Under the pieces are notes generated by a model, which was given only the letters and a program-made list of their open reading frames with translations, did not search any database and had not been told where the DNA came from. This document shows, one piece after another, positions 61,008-64,000 of a stretch of DNA of 64,000 nucleotides; within the stretch, counting starts at the first letter, position 1; every line of letters begins with the position of its first letter. Position numbers and translations under genes: made by a program. The stretch covers positions 5,704,001 to 5,768,000 of the forward strand of contig OZ038378.1 of assembly GCA_964036045.1 (NCBI GenBank), in the 5' to 3' direction. Origin of the DNA: Eutreptiella sp. 'Long Island Sound 2002' (lineage: Eukaryota; Protista; Euglenida).

Positions 61008-62585
61008 GGGGGGGGGGGGGGGGGCTGTCCCAATGAAGGGGGGGGGGGGGATTGGGAGGGGAGGGGGGCACTTAAATTGGGTGAGAGTACACCCAGGTGA
61101 AAGCCGAACCCTAATCAAGACGTGCAACTCTACCGGAGCTCGGTCCTGATGGTTCTCTTGAACCTGGTTGAAAAACGGCTGACATGCACAGGGCAGCAAC
61201 ACGCCCCCTCAGCCTTGCAGGCGCATGAAATTCCCCACCAATTTGTGCCAACACTGTTCCCCAAGAAAAATGGGAAACCAGGAAAAATGGGGGAAATGGG
61301 GGGTACTGGCCACATTGGAAATTGAACCTACTTTATTACTGGATGCCACACCACTAGCGGCTGAGCTCAGCTCCACAGTTGATAGAATTTGCAAAACAGG
61401 TTCCTATTGCCTGGGCACTATGTTGAAAAATAAAGCCTAAGGTAGTTCGACTCCCTTAGCCAGCTGTAACTCCGATTTCAGGGGGCTTCTTCTTTCGATA
61501 AATCAAATGGACCATTTGCTTTGAGGGCCAACCAGCAGCCAACAACCCATTTTGGCTTCTTGTCCCTAATGACCTTGATGGGGATATAATGTACACTCTC
61601 GAAGGGTGAACATCATCCATGGTACAATGATACACAGACTAATTGACAAGCAAAAGGGGGAGGAGGGAACCACGCCACCACATAACCATGAAATAGTGCT
61701 TGTCTCATCAACCCAAACACACATCCAACACAAATCCACATCACACAAACACTGTCCCTTCATTTGCTTGGTTTCCCCCCATTTCTCTCCCCTCAATGGC
61801 TCAGTAATGGCCCTCCTCCCCCCAATCCACTGGTCAAAAGGGGCATTTTTGGGTTTTCACACTGGGTTCTCCCAATTTTCCACAAAACCAAAAAAAACCT
61901 CAACGCACCCCCATTTCCCCTCTGCCTTGAGCAGCGCTGCTGAGCGGAGGGGGCGGGGGAAGGGAAGAGCAAGTGGCAAGGGAGGGTGGGTGAGTGGGTT
62001 GGGGGGGGGGGGGTCCATCTCCCAGCTTGTTTGCTTTTTGGTGCAAGCACCCACACCCACACTCGGGATAACACCTCAGCGCTACAGTGGACCGATACAG
62101 CAATACAGGGCTGTGGGTACACGTGCGGTGTTTCTTTGGTGATTGATTGTCTGGGGGGTAGTGCCATAAATTAGAGTGAGTATGCCCATTGGTACTTCCA
62201 GGTGTATAGACTTGTTAGCCTTTTGAGGAGAAAATCCTTCAATCATAAGTGGGTTGGTTGTCCACCCATTGGGTTGGGGGTGGCAGGGGGCAGGTACAAA
62301 AAAATGCAATGCTTGTTCCAATCCGCTAGGGAAATAGGTGAGAGGCTGTACATCTGCTCTCAACTGCTGCTTTTGCCCCCCCCCCCCCCTGGGGGGGGGG
62401 GGGGGACCTACAAGGCCCAGCAATCCTCAACACGGCCGGCAATAAGGCACCCAACAATGTTCCCGAGGAAATATGGGAAAATAGGGGAATTGGGGAGAAA
62501 TGAGGGAAAGAAGGAAATGGAGGAAAATGGAAAAAATGAGGAACTTGGGGAAAGATATCAGCAAAATTCTTCCCCAATTTCCCTC

Positions 62586-62858
62586 CGGCCATCGCCCAGT
62601 ATACCCACCCCCTGTGACCCACGAGACTGAAAACTACCACCTTCCACCTTCTGAGGGGTGGTTTATCACCATTTTCCCATTCAGTTTCCTGAAAAAAAAA
62701 AAAAGAGACATACTCACCCATTGCCCCCCATTTTTCTCCACTTTCCCCCACTTTTCCCATTTTTCCTGCGGCCATCGCCCAGTACACCCATCCTCTATGA
62801 CCCATCAGCACTGAAAGGCACCGTTCTCCACCCTTTTTGGAGTGGTTCATCACCATTG
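62586..62858. repeat. ~90-bp direct repeat, period 183 bp, with purine/pyrimidine-skewed spacer
   Basis: cggccatcgcccagta...tcaccatt at 62586 and 62769. Confidence 0.75.
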
Positions 62859-63313
62859 TCCAACTCAGTTTGCCAACAATGACACATTTGCACACCCACT
62901 TTCACCTATTTTCCAATATACTTCCCATGTTTCGGAATAGTGTCCCGGCAAGGTCCCGGTAGTGGGGCAGGCCTTGCAACAGGGCCTGGATTGTCAAAGG
63001 ACTCTCCCGCATCATTGATACGCCCCACACTCCACCAGTTTCTCCCAGATAGTGCTGCTCACTGGACCTTCTGAGGTTTGGGGACTGCTGGCTCAAGCTG
63101 CTAGTGGTGGCAGAAGCTACCCCAATGCTGCTCGGCCCCACACCCCCTTGCAGAGATCCCCTGGGCCTTCCCTGTTGGCCCCCATGCTTACTATCATAAC
63201 CAGTGACCCCAACCCACCCACCCACCGGACTGGGGTGCTGAGTCATTGGGTGCCTTGTGGGTCTTGCACTGCCCACTTGCATGCATCCAAGGATCTGCGT
63301 GCTGCCTCCATAC

Positions 63314-63646
63314 CGTGTCCTTTGCATCCTCAACAATCTTGTCATATGGCCGGATTTCATATGGGACATTTGCATACGAAAAGCGGTCCTTCTCAAGATC
63401 TTCCTCCAAGCGCCCAGGATTGAAACACTGACACCACTCCAGCAGCTTGAGCAAATAAATGATCTGATGGTCACCCCAGTACCCGATATTGGCATGGGGA
63501 TGGTCAGGCTCTGGGCACTCCCATGCAAATCCTTCAGCCTTGTTAACAACATATGGATTGTAGCCGTCGATGGTGCTTGCATTCAAGAACTTGGCAATGA
63601 TGCTTGTGAAGTAGTAGGGGAAGCTGATAGTCAATGCCTCCCAGTT
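63314..63646 (-). CDS. GH149-like phosphorylase exon (5'-most in window; the gene continues beyond 64000)
   Basis: ttcttgttcag|AAC ... ACG|GT; 111 codons; NWEAL, KFLNASTIDGYNPY, IGYWGDHQIIYLLKLLE, YANVPYEI. Confidence 0.9.
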
Positions 63647-64000
63647 CTGAACAAGAAATGGTGCAGTGGGAGAGAGGGAGGGCAGTCGAGGACTCTCGAG
63701 GGGTTGAGGGGTCAACCCCCCTCCTTCCCACGTGTGACTCGCAGCACACCCAACAGCCTAAAGACTCAAGGAAAAATCACAAATGGCGACGAAGGGCTGT
63801 GCCCAAACTTCTCTGGCAAAAATGGCGAGGTGGTGCTTATTTCATGGGCGTCATTTTGGACCCACGAACGCACACACTCAAATCAATAAACACTTGCAGG
63901 CACTTTGCAGGTGTTCATCCTCTAACAACGAGCCTGCGTGCCATTCCACATTTTGCCAGAGGGGGCTTGAAAAGGGTCTAAGCACTCGACCACTCACCAG

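Overview
Eukaryotic, repeat-dense genomic DNA with GT-AG spliceosomal introns and no operons, rRNA or CRISPR. The host is most likely a euglenid; this is inferred from a GH149-type phosphorylase and from pyrimidine-rich YAG acceptors just upstream of the start codons. Four host genes are supported: an intronless 4-LIM-domain protein (9542-11059, +); a multi-exon ABCG half-transporter with a Cys-rich N-terminal ectodomain, ADP1-like (15192-21520, +); an intronless CaMK-type Ser/Thr kinase (38178-39500, -); and the 3' six exons of a GH149-like beta-1,3-glucan phosphorylase (46989-63646, -, 5' part beyond the window). The rest is nested mobile-element debris. It includes MITE-like elements ending in poly(C)...poly(G) inverted termini (one with a clear TA target duplication), and remnants of a PIF/Harbinger-like (DDE_Tnp_4-type) transposase with a C-terminal Cys finger, one copy joined to an NPPF adenine-methyltransferase-like segment. 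It also includes two complementary deletion derivatives that rebuild a Tudor-like + Zn-finger ORF, a ~560-bp repeat family with an internal tRNA-like module, decayed non-LTR retroelement pieces, and micro/minisatellites. All family assignments come from motif recognition by eye and need HMM/BLAST confirmation.
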